Below are positions 37,475-50,459 of a stretch of DNA of 64,000 nt, one piece after another. Below the pieces are notes generated by a model. It had not been told where the DNA came from and did not search any database. It saw only the letters and a list, made by a program, of their open reading frames with translations. Numbering within the stretch: position 1 is the stretch's first letter; the number at the start of each line of letters is the position of its first letter. The stretch is from contig MU058198.1 in the NCBI GenBank assembly GCA_013265495.1, positions 7,765,779 to 7,829,778 on the forward strand, given 5' to 3'. The stretch comes from Vicugna vicugna. Lineage: Eukaryota. Both the position numbers and the translations under genes were made by a program.

Positions 37475-38030
37475 ATTGTTAGTGGAAATGCAAAATGGTA
37501 CAGTCACTTTGTGAGATAGTTTGGTGATTTCTTACAAAACTAAACATACTCTTATGGTGCAGTCCAGCAATGGTGCTCCTTGGTATTCACCCAAAGGAGT
37601 TGAAAACTTGTGTCCGCACAAAACCCTGCATGTGGATATTTATAGCAGTTTTATTCATAATTGCCAAAACTTGGAAGGAACCAAGATATTCTTCAGTAGG
37701 TGAATGGATAAATAAACTGTGGGGCATCCAGACAATGGAATATTACTCAGTGTTAAAAAGAAACAAGCTATCAAACCATGAAAAGACATGAAGAAATCTT
37801 ACATGCATATTACTAAGTGAAAGAAGCCGCTCTCAAAAGGCTACATACTGTATGATTCCAACTATATGACATTCTGGAAAAGGAAAAACTATGGAGACTG
37901 TAAAAGTATGACTGGTGGAGGATGTTGATTAAGGGGAAGCTGCGCATATGTGGGGGTAGGAGGTATGTGGGAACTCTTCATACCTTCCCCTCAATTTTGC
38001 GGTAAACTTGAACTGCTCCAAAAAGCAAAG
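37475..38030 (+). mobile_element. Older L1 (L1MB/MC-like) 3' region
   Basis: ggaaatgcaaaatggtacagtcactttg...gaatggataaataaactgtgg...aaaaggctacatactgtatgattcca. Confidence 0.75.
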
Positions 38031-38079
38031 ACTTTATTTTTTTAGAAAAAACTCCCAAACTCAACAATAATTATTTCTT

Positions 38080-38208
38080 TTTTTGGAGGGAGGGGTAATT
38101 AGGTTTATCTATTTATTTATTACTTTTAATGGAGGTACTGGGGGTTAAACCCGGGACCTCATGCATGCTCAGCATGCACTCTACCACTGAGCTATAACCT
38201 CCCCCCAG
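38080..38208 (-). mobile_element. tRNA-derived SINE (Vic-1-like) with 15-bp TSD
   Basis: caataattatttctt at 38065-38079 and 38209-38223; A/B boxes on minus strand. Confidence 0.85.
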
Positions 38209-38223
38209 CAATAATTATTTCTT

Positions 38224-38770
38224 ATCTCCTATGATTTCTGTGGGTCAGGAAATTGGGGATGGAGTGGGTAGTTCTAACCCAGTGTCTCTCATGGGGTTGT
38301 GGTCACATGTCACCCAGGGCTGCAGTCATTTGAATGCTTGACTGGGGTTGAAGGATCTGCTTCCAAAGTAGCTCACTCACATGGCGTGTGAGTTGGTACT
38401 GGCTATTGGTGGACAGTCTCAGTTCTTTTCCACCAAGGTCTCTGTACAGGATAGCTTGAGTGTTCTCCCAGCATGGTGGGTGGCTTCTTCCAGCCTCCAG
38501 AGAGAGAGGGAGGAAGGGAGAAAGAGAGGGAGGGAGGGAGAAAGAGAGGGAGGGAGGGAGAAAGAGAGAGAGAAAGGAGATAGAGAGAGAGAGCATAATC
38601 CAAGGGAGCAAGACCAAAGCTGAAAAGCCTTGGGAGTCACACACCTTCACTTCTGCTGCATTCTATTGGTCACACAGGTCAGCCATGCATCAGCTTGGAA
38701 GGGGATTACACAGGAGTATGAATATTAGGAGAAGAAGATTGTTAGAGGCCATCTTGGATGCTGGCTACGA
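38224..38770. mobile_element. MaLR (MLT1-like) LTR with internal GA-rich simple repeat (38499-38592)
   Basis: ttctgtgggtcaggaatt...gctgcagtcatttga...aggatctgcttccaa...cattctattggtcacac...ggccatcttgga. Confidence 0.65.
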
Positions 38771-40539
38771 TATACGGCATGCTAAGTGTAACTGATATAT
38801 TATGCTTGGGGTGTAAATGATTAGAAATGAGTCTGAAAGCTATTTGTGAACTAAATTGTCAAGATCTACTGAGTCTGGCTTTTAGCTGTTGGTGGTAGGG
38901 AAATATTGAAAGATTTTTAAGAAGGCACGTAGAGGGTTGAATTGTCCTTTTTCTATCTAAATTTGGCAACAAGAACTGTCCAATAGTCTAAATAAGCCCC
39001 CTGATATTCTCTGCTCTTTCTTTGGGTTGTTTGATACCTCATGTAGGTTTACACACATCCTGTTTTTCAATTTTGTGTTGGACTGCCTTTTGGAAACTGT
39101 CTGTGTCATGTATCTGCTTGGATAGTCTCCCACTAGATAAAATTTAAAATCTCTGTATCAATCTCTGTACTTTTGGTTACAAATGAAAAACTCAACTCAA
39201 AATGACTTAAGGAATAAAAAGAATTCATTGAGTCATGCAACTGGAAAGTCTAGTAGTGGAGAGGATTTCAGGTGTGGTTTGATCCAGTTTCACATTTTCA
39301 AGAAGATTCTGGCTCTATTTCTGTGATGTGTTGGTTCATCCTCAGGTGGACTTTCATTACAGTAGCAGAAAGGGCCACAGTCATTCCAAGTTTAATATTA
39401 CACTGGAAAGAGCAAAAGCAGCTTCTTTCTCAGATCCACTTTGACTGGTCTGTCTTAGGTCACCTGCCTATCCCTAAACCAATCACGGAAGTCGAGGATG
39501 TGGAATATACAAACTGGCTTGGTTTAGTTCACATGCTTCACTCTTGGAACTGGGGGTGAAGTCATTTTTTCCAAAACCACATAGTCCTCCAAATGGGAAT
39601 TGAAAGTTGCTGAGAAGAGGGAAACTGAACACTAAGGAGGCAAACACAAGTGTCCAACACAAAATCAAAACTGTGATGTGGTTCATCTAAACAACATGTA
39701 CTGAACCCCAAAGATAATATTGGGCCCTGGATAGAGCCAATATCCAAGTGAGGTAGAGTATATTATTCTCTGGGAACATAAACTCTCTGAGGGTAGGGAT
39801 TTCTTCCTGTCTTATTCACGTCTATATTCTCAGAGCCTGGAGCAGCACCTGGCACCTAGTAGGTATTTAGTAAATATTTGTTGAATGAATAGTCTGGGGG
39901 AAAGATAGATGTATGTGTAATTCACCATACCATATAAGATCTAGCTCTGGCTCTAGGGACTTTGGGAGGACAGGGCTGCGATCTACTCTTTCACTTCTCC
40001 TTCTCGTCTCCCTTCCTCCAGGTGAGAGACTGGGAGGAAAGAGTTGGAGAGATAGCAGAGAGTTCCTCATGAGCCGGGCTGCCTATCGCTGGTTGGAGGT
40101 GCCCCCAGTCTCACTTGTGTGCAGGCTGGGTCCATCTGCTCATGGTCCTCAGGATCCGAGGTTCAAGGTGTTCCTGGGGGTGATATTTAGCTTTACCACG
40201 GGCCCCTTCTTTGCTGAGGAGCCGCTTGGAGTGGATAATGCCTGCCTCTCCAGGCTGAGCCATTCTCTAACTCTTGTTCCTTCATTTGGAACCATGAAGT
40301 CTCCATTTCTCCCTGTTTCTTGGTCTTATTTAAGCCACACAAAACTTTTCTGGAGGAAACCTCTTTTACATGGAGCCTTTCTTCAAACCCCAAAGCCCTG
40401 AATGTGGAGGCCCTGAAGCTGAATGTGACAGTAACGCTACAGCATCGGGTCAAGGATCAGGTCAGGAACAAGGTTATTTGTCAAAGGGGACAAGATGTTT
40501 CATCCAGAAGATATTTAGTAAAATGGTAATGATAATGTG

Positions 40540-40990
40540 GCAGAGACAGCTAGTTGTCTCCTAGTAACTGTCTTCCTCTTCTTCCTTTAGTAATTCAACT
40601 CCAAATTTTAGCCAGGAATGTGGCTACTTAGAATAAAGACTATATTTCCCAGCTTTCTTTGCAGCGGTGTGTGGTCACGCGACTAAGTTCTGGACAAAGA
40701 GATGAGAAGGAACATGATATGTGTAACTTTTGGGTCACACCCTTAAAGGAAAGAGTCACACCCACCATATTCTCTATTTTTCCTGCCAACTGAAGGGTGG
40801 ACATGGTGGTGGGCCATCTCTGATGGGGTGCATGAGGACAGTACCTTGGGAGCAACTTGCTAGAAGTTGCACTTGTAGCACACTGTGGCTCCTCTCTACC
40901 TCCCTGGACTGTCAACAGGACAGTCTGGCTTTAGCTTCTGAGATTTTGGGTCTTATTACAGTAGTTGAATCTCACCCTCAACTAATACAG
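40540..40990. mobile_element. MaLR (MLT-like) LTR
   Basis: tgtggcag...tatatttcccagctttctttgcagc...gtggtcacgcgactaagttctgg...ctaataca. Confidence 0.55.
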
Positions 40991-41315
40991 TGACCACTGG
41001 TCGGGCACATCCTACATGCCAGGCACTGTGCTAAGCTTTTCACAGACATTATTTAATTTAATCCTTACAATTTTGTTGTTGTTATGTAGTGCATCAGTTA
41101 GAGCCTTTGGGGCAAAAATAACAGAAACAGACTAACAAGAAAAAAATGGAAGGAAATAGGGTGGCTTAAAGAATGGAAGAGAGGGTTAAAAGACACAGAC
41201 TCAGAGAGGACAGAAACCATGGCTTTGGAGGTCCTACCAGGAGAGGAATACACCAAATGTTATTTTCTACCGTTGCATCACTGTGCTCAAAATTCAAATT
41301 AAAACTAGACAGTCT

Positions 41316-41426
41316 GGCGGGGGTGGATGGAGAAATAGCTCAGTAGAGTGCATACTTAGCATGCATGAGATCCTGGGTTCAATCCCCAGCAACTCCACTG
41401 AAAGACAAGATTTGTTTAAAAAAAAA
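41316..41426 (+). mobile_element. tRNA-derived SINE (Vic-1-like)
   Basis: ATAGCTCAGTAGAGTGCATACTTAGCATGCATGAGATCCTGGGTTCAATCCCCAGC followed by an A-rich tail; B-box at 41376-41385. Confidence 0.8.
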
Positions 41427-42925
41427 GAGAGAGTCTGCTTGGCTGAGCTTTGGTCAAGAGGCTATCCATTTAGTTAAGGAATTATGAGGCACCTTAACTT
41501 ACCTTGACTTGCTGTCTCACTACGACTGTATACAATGGTGGAGAGGTAATTGGCCAACATGAAATTGGGTGTTACTAGTTAAAGAAAGAAGGAATAGATA
41601 TTGAGTAGCCTAAAAACAACAAATGTTCACTATTGGTAAGTAATATAATTTCTAATTGTATTGTAAGGATAATGAGGCTCAGAGAGGTGAGCCACACAGC
41701 TAGTAGAAAGCAAAGCTAGTGAATGAACCAGAGTCAACTGCCATGTTCCTAGCCGTGATGCCTTGTGGCTTTCAGCTGACTCTGACCAGGTATATATGTG
41801 TTTCACTCTCCACAGAGAAGTTCTGTGCCCAGTTGGCTTTCCACTGACTGATGGTGCTTGGAAGAGGGTATAAACGTGGATCTAATGGAGTCCTTTTCCC
41901 TGTTGATTCTTGGCCTCATTTGGCCACACACTTGGGGCACGCTTTAACAACAGAACAAAATACCTGAAGTGGGGATTGTTGAATCACGGACATGTGGTGG
42001 TCATTCCTACAGGCTGCTTTATCTTAAACACCGCCTGGAAGGATACACGTGGTCCAGACAGCGATCAATGGGCTCCCGGGGTATGAACACGTTCCTCTTC
42101 TCTGGCGCTTGGCAAAGAACAAAACCTGTTAACTGCCGGGATCCTTTGAATCCACCAACATGGAATATTAATTGTGAGAACAGCTGCAATTCCTGCAGGC
42201 TTGATTGTCTGCCAAGAATAGAGACCTGTCCGAATTTCTACAGGAAGATGGGGGCTTGGTGTGAAGATAGCTGGGGCTCAGGTGTGAGGATGTGTGGGGG
42301 ATGGACTAATAACTGAAAAGCACCCCCAGAACCGGGCTGTTCTTCACCTCTTTCTCAGAGGCTGTGCTCCCTCACAGCATCTCTACTCTTCTCTGTGAAC
42401 AGGCTCCGTGCCCTTCCTGTTACTTCTGCCCCTTTGTAACTCAGTTTGCCGCAGGCAGTGCTCCGTATTGTAGGCGGGGCATTCACGGAGGGAGGCGTCA
42501 GGCGCTCTGTCCATCAAAGCCATCCTTACCTCTCATTGGTCAGAACGGGGTCGCACGGCCCCTTGCTGCGGGGCGGGCTGGGAAAGCCGGTAGACAGCTG
42601 TTCCGGCCTCCATTGGAGAGAAACACAGGAACGCGGGATGGAGTTGACGTGCTATAAAGCACCTTGCTCGGGAGGTGGAAATCCAACCAACCTTCCCCGG
42701 GTGGTTGGGACAAAATTTATAAAATGGCTCAAAACTATAAAACTCTGCAAACATTGGCTTCAAAATAGAACGCATGTGGTACAATCCATTTGGGGAGTCG
42801 TTTGGCAGTGAGTATGAACCATCCCGAAGTGTGCATCTAACTGGCCCCAGCCATTTCATCTTAAAAATTATACCTGAAGAAAAGAATTCTAAAGATGTAG
42901 GAAGATCTATATCTGTATCTATGTC

Positions 42926-42957
42926 TATATCTGTATCTAGATCTAGATATAGATATA
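42926..42957. repeat. 32-bp near-perfect palindrome in a (TATCTA)-type simple repeat
   Basis: TATATCTGTATCTAGA|TCTAGATATAGATATA; 15 of 16 pairs match. Confidence 0.8.
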
Positions 42958-43038
42958 TAAAAGCTGTATGTAGAAAGTTGTTTAATGAAGCATTGCCCTA
43001 AAATAGCCAGATCCTAAAGTTTCTCAACTTAATGGAAT

Positions 43039-43232
43039 TTTGTTTTTTTGGTTTTTTTTAGATTTTAAAAAAATTGGAGTGTAGTTAATTTACAGTTTTT
43101 CAGGTGTACAGGAAAGTGATTCAGTTATATATATATATATTTTTTCAGATTCTTTTCCATTGTATGTTTTTATAAGAAATTAAATATAGTTTTCTGTGCT
43201 ATAAAGTAGGTCTTTGTTGTTTATATATTTTA
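43039..43232 (-). mobile_element. 5'-truncated L1 3' end with 10-bp TSD (ttaatggaat)
   Basis: TSD at 43029-43038 and 43233-43242; caggtgtacag...gtgattcagttatat...aatatagttttctgtgctata. Confidence 0.7.
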
Positions 43233-44699
43233 TTAATGGAATCTTTTATACCCATTAAAATGACAAGTGCTGTAAAACTACGTGAAATATTTGTGCTAAA
43301 ATATTAAGTGACAAAATTGATCCAGAATCAAACCTACCCTATAATGACACGTTTGTAAATAATATCTGTGCTGAAAAGCTGATATATTTTGGTGGTGGGA
43401 CTGTGTGTGTGTTTTTGTTTTTTTTTTGTTGTTGTTGTTGTTGTTTTCTTTAATATTGCCATAATACTGTTTGTATAGTTAATACACTTAGAAGAAAAAA
43501 ATAATTACAGTGTCTTCCTAGGCCTGCCCCAGCCTCTTAGAGGTTGAACAGAGTCAGCTCCTAGGACATATATGACACACACTCTGGAAATAACCTTTCT
43601 TGCAGGGTTGGGGAGTTGTGGTTGCTCTTTGACATTTGCATCTATCCCTCTCACTTCCAGGAGCAAAAGAATCTGCATAAAAGAGCTTCTTGTTCTTCTC
43701 TTCCTGAGTAGGAAGTACAACTTCCTGTTCTAGTCCGAGATTAGTAGTTTTCACCTCTGTTCTGCCCAGGTCAGGTCCTGAGTTACTTCTGCTTTCAAGA
43801 ATAGGAAGCAGCAGAAAGTATTTCACAGGTGATGGGAATGAACGCTTGTCCCTGCCTTGCAAGTGACCTCTGGCCAACTATGCTCTTTCTGTGATTTTGG
43901 TGGAAACACGGAAGACTCCCACGCAACTTATGGTAGGGCCTTTTCTTTGACCTGCCTGACATTTGACTGCTCCCCCCCTCAACTTGGATAACTGAAGGAG
44001 CAGGTGGAAAAGTCTAGAATGCTTCCAACTGAGCAACAGGCAACTTTGAGGCCAATATACCCTTTATGTGTCATTGAGGCCATGCCAACCATGTGGTCAA
44101 TCCAAGACACTGTGGGTAGAATAATATAGCTAATGTTGACTGAATAATCCCCACAGGTACTTTGACACCTATTATCTCATTTAATCATCACAACAGTCCC
44201 GAGCGGTGAGTACTGCTATTGCCATCATTTCCCAGACGGGGACAGTGAAGTCCAGAGAATGACTTGCTTAAGGTCACAAGCTTATAGAGCTGGGATTTTA
44301 ACCCCCCAAGTCTGGCCCCAAACATCAAAGGCGAAACAAGATTGTTGAGGATGACATTCAGATGGAACTTTTCTTGGCACTTCAGTGTAATGGAAAAACA
44401 ACATTCTGTTGTTGATACTTCCAGAACCTTCTCAGGAGGGTCGATCCTGTGTGGCCAGTTCCTTTGAAGGTGGTACGTCAGGCAAATCAGAGAGTTCAGA
44501 CAGAGGTAAATTGTCTGGGTAGGCGAGGGGAAAGAGATTTGAAGAGACTGGTCTGAGAGATTGTGTTGTGAAGGGAGGAGCCATAATCCTGTGGGACAAG
44601 GGGAGATGGAGACCCTGCTGCCTTCGTTCTCTTGAGGGCAAAGCCAGAAAAGTTTGGGAGAAGAAACATGGCACAACAAAGCTGCTTGCTGGAAGGAGA

Positions 44700-45990
44700 T
44701 GAGGGAATAGTCCAATCAGAGGGAACAGCCAGGTGCTGGCCTTAAGATGGAAGTGTGTCTGGCGGGCTTGAAGAACAGCTTGGAGGCCGGTGTGGCTGGA
44801 TGAGAGATCACGTAGGGCCTGCAAGATTATGGAAAGGACCAGCTTGGACTCCTAGCGAGGTGCCGTGCCTTTGTAAGCTTCTGAAAAGAGGAATAATATA
44901 CACCTTGTGTTTTGAAAGGATCCTTCTGGCTACTGTGTTGAAAACTGACTTTCAGGTGTTGTGGGGAAGTAGAGAAGCAGGGGGCACAGACAAGGCCTGC
45001 TGGCACAGTCCGGGGCAGATGTTGGTGGCTTCCACAATTTTGGTTAGAAGGGGTCATATTTTTGGCCATATTTGAAGGTAGAGCCGTAGGATTTCCTTAT
45101 GACTTTTGGTGGGAGCAGCTGGGAGGATGCTGCGGCCATTGATTGAATGTGAGGGAATAGTTCCATGGTGGTGCCCTGGCTACCTGGCATTGTCACGTGG
45201 GCTTTTTTTTTTTTTTTGAGAGGAAGAGATGGTACTGTCCTTTTTGATGTGTGGGACAAGAACCATGGGGAAATGTGGTTCTGCTGTCTATGGAAGTAAT
45301 AAACTGTGTGAATCTACAAGTGGCTCGTTGTATCTTTACAGTCAGGTCCTGGCCTGGCCTTGTCTTGTCTGCTTGCGGCTGAGATGGGCCAGGTGAGGGG
45401 AGCAGGATGGGGAGTGAGCAGGAGTTCAGTTCTACACATACTTGGCCTGAGAAGCTTGTTAGACGTGGGACGGGCAGTTGGCTATCTGATTCTGGAGCTC
45501 AGGAGAGAGGTCTGGGATGGAGAGAGAAACCTAGGATCACAGCACATAAATGATGTTTACAGTCCTGGGGCCACCTACAGACAGAGAGTAGGTGAAAAAG
45601 ATGCCCAAGGACTTAGCTCTGGGATCCCCTTACGAGGTGGAGGAGAAAAGGAGGGATTGGCCAAAGAATCTGGGAGGAGGGACAGAGGTGAAGAAGAATC
45701 GTAAGAGCAGGGGTCCCGAAGGCCAATGTACAATTTACTTCCAGGAAGGAGTGGGCAGATGTCAAAAGCTGCTGCGGAATACCTTAAGATGAAGATCAAA
45801 AATCGACTTAACCACGTAACCTTGGTGACCTGGACGGAAACAATTTTGGTGAAGTGGAGGCTGGAGTGGGGCAAACGCTTGATTGGAGTGGATTCAAGAG
45901 CAAGTGGGAGGAGCAGAACTGGGCACAGCAAATACAGACAACTTTTCTGGAACCTGTTTTGCAAAAGGGAAGCAAAATGGGGCAGTGATT
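44700..45990. mobile_element. L2 LINE fragments
   Basis: gagatcacgtagggcct...tgaaaggatccttctggct...ggagctcaggagagaggtctggga...cttggtgacct...agacaacttttc; approximate. Confidence 0.55.
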
Positions 45991-48964
45991 GGTGGGAGAA
46001 GTAGGATCGGAGAAATTTTGTTTGCTTTTTCATTAAGAGAAATATATTAGTTCTGATGCGAATCTCAGATTCCACTATTTACACCTAGTATTCATTCTGT
46101 TGGTCCTAAGTATTTATTCCAGAACCAACATCATACTTTCGCTTACTCAGCCTTTAGGGTGTTGCTATGATATGAGTGTCTGCCTTTGGAATGGAGTTAT
46201 GTAATAAGATATGCTTCATAGTTTTCTAGGCTGTCCTTCTGTGTTTCCTCTTCCAAGTGAAGTTGAGAATCAGTCTGTTAAGTTTGATACTAATCCTGTT
46301 GGGTGAAGTTACATTGAATTACTGAGTAATGTGATGGAGAATTGACATCTTTGTAATGTTAAGCCTTGTCATTCATGAATATGGTGTATCTCTCTATTCC
46401 TTTGTGTCCTTCAGGAAAGCCTAACAGTTAAAAAAACATGGTTCTTCCATATTTCATGTTAGATTTATGCCTAGGTGTTTTATAGCTTTTTGGTATTATG
46501 AATGGTGTTTTTCCTATTGTATTCTCTAATTAGAAAATTAGACTTAGCTGGAGAAGAAATGGATTAGATTTTTATCTGTTGATCTTGCTGAATAAGATTA
46601 GTTCTAACAAGTTGTCAGTTAATGATCTTGGATTTTCATCTTTTGCAGATGATGACTTTTTTGTCCATTGAACCTGCCTGCCGGTAGGAAATAGAGTTAT
46701 GATTGGATGTTACTACTACCCACCATTTGTGCTCTTGGGGAGGCAACAAAAGTTTCTTCGCTTTGAAGTGGTTTCCACAGAGTTGGGCTGTGGGTTCTGG
46801 ATACCCAGATTTACTCAGACTTAAAGAGAAAATAATTGCACAGAGGTGATATGTAATCCTCAAATCTTACATTATATTGACTTGGGTAGAAAACAGACAG
46901 GCAGTAAAGAAAATATTTGACAATATAGGGAAGTGAAAGCAAAATTTCTTTCTAAAGCTTATTTTAAAATCTTCTCAATAAATGGAACAGGAGAATTATT
47001 TGTTCATATGGACAAAAATGAAATTGGATTCCCTATATCACACCAAACACCAAACATTCAACTCTACACAAAGTAAGAAATTAAAGAGCAAGTAAAACAA
47101 ATATTTGAGAAGAATATATTGGTGATAAAAGTTTTTCTAACTTTGAAGATTTCTTAAAGTCCTGGAAAAGGCTAATAGTAAATTTGGCCACATCAAACAG
47201 GAGAATTTCTGTCCAAGAGAAATGGCAATTATAATTAATAATAGCATCGAATTCATAGCTTGAGTGTGACTACCAGAAGAGATTCTGTCTGTGAAAGTGA
47301 CTTGCAAATTGCCAGGCAAGTAGTGGTTGCTTTTACCTTTGAATACTCCAGCGAGGTGCCTTATATTCTATTTAGATCAATTTGATGTTAGGAATACTGG
47401 TTCACTCAAATTTTTTCAAGTTTTAAAGATTTTGTAGTTAGAGTTCCATGATAAGCCTCAAGAACAGATTGGTTCCTTAATGCCCACACTGGCTCCTGCA
47501 ATTTGGGTGTAAGCTGCTCAGGGAAAAGTTTGCTATGGGGCTGTACGGAGCGGAGCGAGGGGTTGGTAGCTGCTACCTTGCTAAGAGCTGAAATACACTG
47601 AAACTAATCACAGATCTTTGAATAGACTCCAGAGCTCCTAACTAGTTAACATCAGACAGATTCTGCCAGTACAATTGCTGTCTAGGTGGGGAGGAAGGAT
47701 TCTTGATGCTTCTTACTCTGCCGTCTCCCTGGAATTCTCTCTCTGATTCAGTTAATATCCAGGGGGAATGTCCATTATGAACCAGGCACTGTTCTTGGCA
47801 TTGGAAATAGAGTGATGAGCGAGACAGGAATCTCTGCTCTCCCAGAGCTTATGTACTCTATTTGGAGAGTCAGACAATAGATAAACTAAATGAATATATA
47901 ATTTCATGTAATGATAAGTGCTATGAAAAAATACTTGCATATCTGTAGCAGACACTGCCATTCATGTTCCATTGGCTTTTATCATTCTCATGCAAGCTGG
48001 CTAGATTTCTAGCAGCCAGCACCTGCAGCTGCCTACCTGTGGGCTCTTTCTGTCTCCTGAAGCCTCCTCGGCTGGGTGCAGGGCAGGTTGGAGGCACCAG
48101 AGAAGTGAGGCTTCCCTGGAGAGCAGCCTTCAGCTAATAGCTAATAGCTGATGTGAGTTGTAAATAAGAATCTAGCCCCCTTGCTTCTCAGGTGGACAGC
48201 TCTGAGGCATGTTCTCCCCTGGCTTCAAGAGTTCCTTAGTGTGTTGAGCTCTGATCGTCCACAGTGGTAACTAACTTGATTCATCACACATCTTTTATGG
48301 GCTCCTTCCTGCCCCATTTCTCCACTAGTGTTTCCTGGATCACCTCCCAAGTAAATTACTTCCACTTGAATCGTGTCTAAGGGTCCATTTATAGGGGAAC
48401 CTAAGCTAAGATTTTATCAAGAGTAGGAATAGGGGATGCACGGGTTGGCTGAAAGCCTACATCTAGGTACCCACTTGTGGTCACCAGGTCGGTGAGATTT
48501 TGCCTATGCCTTTAAACATAGTGGGCTCTTGACCACTGTTCAGGGCGAGGAGGGGCCCTGATGGCCGAGCTATAGCAACTTCCTGTGGTGGTCAGTGTGG
48601 GAAAGCTTTTTATCAAAAGCAAACCCAGCTTATACTTCTATCAAAATTCATCAAATTGTACATCCGCAACATGTGTAGTTTACTGTACAGGAACCACACA
48701 ATAAAGGGGTTAAAAAAGATCCCCTCCCGAAAAAACCCCAAACCCAAGTTATTTATTAAACTGCTCCCCACACCCTGGTACCTATTCATTCTGGACGGAT
48801 GGCCTTATTGGTTTGTGCTCAGCCCCTTTTCCTGCTAACAAGTATAGGCACTTTGTTGTTTAAGTTATTTATTGGTGTTTTTATTTTCTTTCTGATTATA
48901 AAAGTCTTTTTTTGTCTAAAAGTTTTAAGTACAGAAGAAATATAGAAGAAAATTAAAATCATCC

Positions 48965-49455
48965 TGTGGCAGATTAAAGCTGACCACATTTCTCTGACAC
49001 ACCTCCTACTGAGAAGTGTGATCTATGTCCCCTCTCTTTGAATGTGGCCAAGCTCTGTGACTGTGTGGCCAGTAGAGTCAGGTGAACTTGACTCTGTGAC
49101 AGTTTCCAGATCAAAACCTTAAGAGATCGGAAGCTTACAAATGCTTGCTGGAATACTTGCTCTTGAAATCTAACCACTCTGCCGTGAGTAGCTCAAGCCA
49201 CACAGAGAGGCCACAAGTAGGTCATCCAGCTGACTGTCCCAGCCGAGCTCCTGGCCTGCAGCTGGCACCAACTTCCAGCCATGGGAGTGATCTATTTTAA
49301 AAGTCAGAAAGGCCCAGCTGAGCCTTCAAGAACTCCAGCCCCAGTCATGATCTGACTGCAGCCATATGAGATTCCATAGTGAGAGTTAATGAGGCTGGAC
49401 AATCCACAGGACCACGAAACAGTAAGAATTTGCTGTTTGAAATCACTAGGATTTG
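48965..49455. mobile_element. MaLR (MLT1-like) LTR
   Basis: tgtggcaga...ccagccgagctcc...atctgactgcagccatatgaga...ttgctgtttgaaatcactaggatttgg. Confidence 0.6.
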
Positions 49456-49564
49456 GAGAGGTCTGCTGTGCTGCGGTAGAGTGGAGCACACCTGTAGTCC
49501 CGCCTACCAGACACAACCGCTGTCAACATTTTGGTTTCCTATACACACACATATATATTTTAGT

Positions 49565-49699
49565 GCTAGAGGTTATTAGTTAATTAATTAATTTTATTTA
49601 TTATTATTATTATTATTTTAACAGAGGTATTGGGGATTGAACCCAGGACCTTATGCATGCTAAGCATGTACTGTACCACTGAATTGTAGCCTCCGCCCC
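49565..49699 (-). mobile_element. tRNA-derived SINE (Vic-1-like) about 0.9 kb upstream of ITGAM ATG
   Basis: ggggattgaacccaggaccttatgcatgctaagcatgtactgtaccactgaattgtagcc with (TTA)n tail. Confidence 0.8.
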
Positions 49700-50459
49700 A
49701 TAAACACATATTTTTAAACCAGTAATTTAAAAACAAAATGTACAGAATTTTAACTTTTTTCAGAGAGCACACATTTCTTTGCTCTGGTTATTAAGCAAGT
49801 AGAACCAGGGGCAAGAGAAAATGTGTTAGAGACTGAAAAATGGTTGGCTTGGGAATGACATTGGCAGACACATACAAGGTACGGTTTGGTGTTATATATA
49901 TTTCATGAAAATATACTCCTGTGTCTTTGAAAACAGGTTCAGAAATAACTAGACACTACGGAATATAAAGCCATCTCTGTTATTGGATATTTAGGCTGTT
50001 CTAGTTTTTCACTATTAAAAACAGTGCTGCAGTGAACAAGTCTGTACAGACATCTTTGAATGTACTTCTCAGCTATTTCTTAGGATAAATTCTCAGAAGT
50101 GAAATTCCTGGGTAAAAGGGTTCGAGACTTTTGTTATGTTAAATAATATTCAAAAAGCACCGGATTTCCCTGAACCTGAGTTGTCCTCATTGATGGTTAC
50201 ATGGTACTCCTGTTTCCTTGGGCAGGGAGGGACATTTGGCAAAGAGTGCTTCCAGGGCGTCACATAGTGTCATCCCCCTCCCTTGCTTGGTCTGTGTTGA
50301 TGTTTAGAACACATGTTCCAGAAGGCAAGTCCTAAGTCTGTTCCTTGCTTTTCATAGTGTTTTGGCCAACTCGAGAAGCAGGTGAGCAAACAAAGACACC
50401 TTTGGGATAGTGACTGGGTGGGGAGGCAGCCCAGGCTGTGAGTAGCCAGGGAGGACAGT

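Noticed and set aside
37570..37791. 73-aa ORF with IFIAVLFIIAKTWKEPRY...WINKLW
   Set aside because: Remnant of L1 ORF2 C-terminus within a decayed L1, not a host gene
41330..41400. tRNA-Ala-like sequence with A and B boxes (also the other four copies)
   Set aside because: Acceptor stem is not intact, A-rich tails or TSDs are present, and there are multiple diverged copies: SINEs, not tRNA genes
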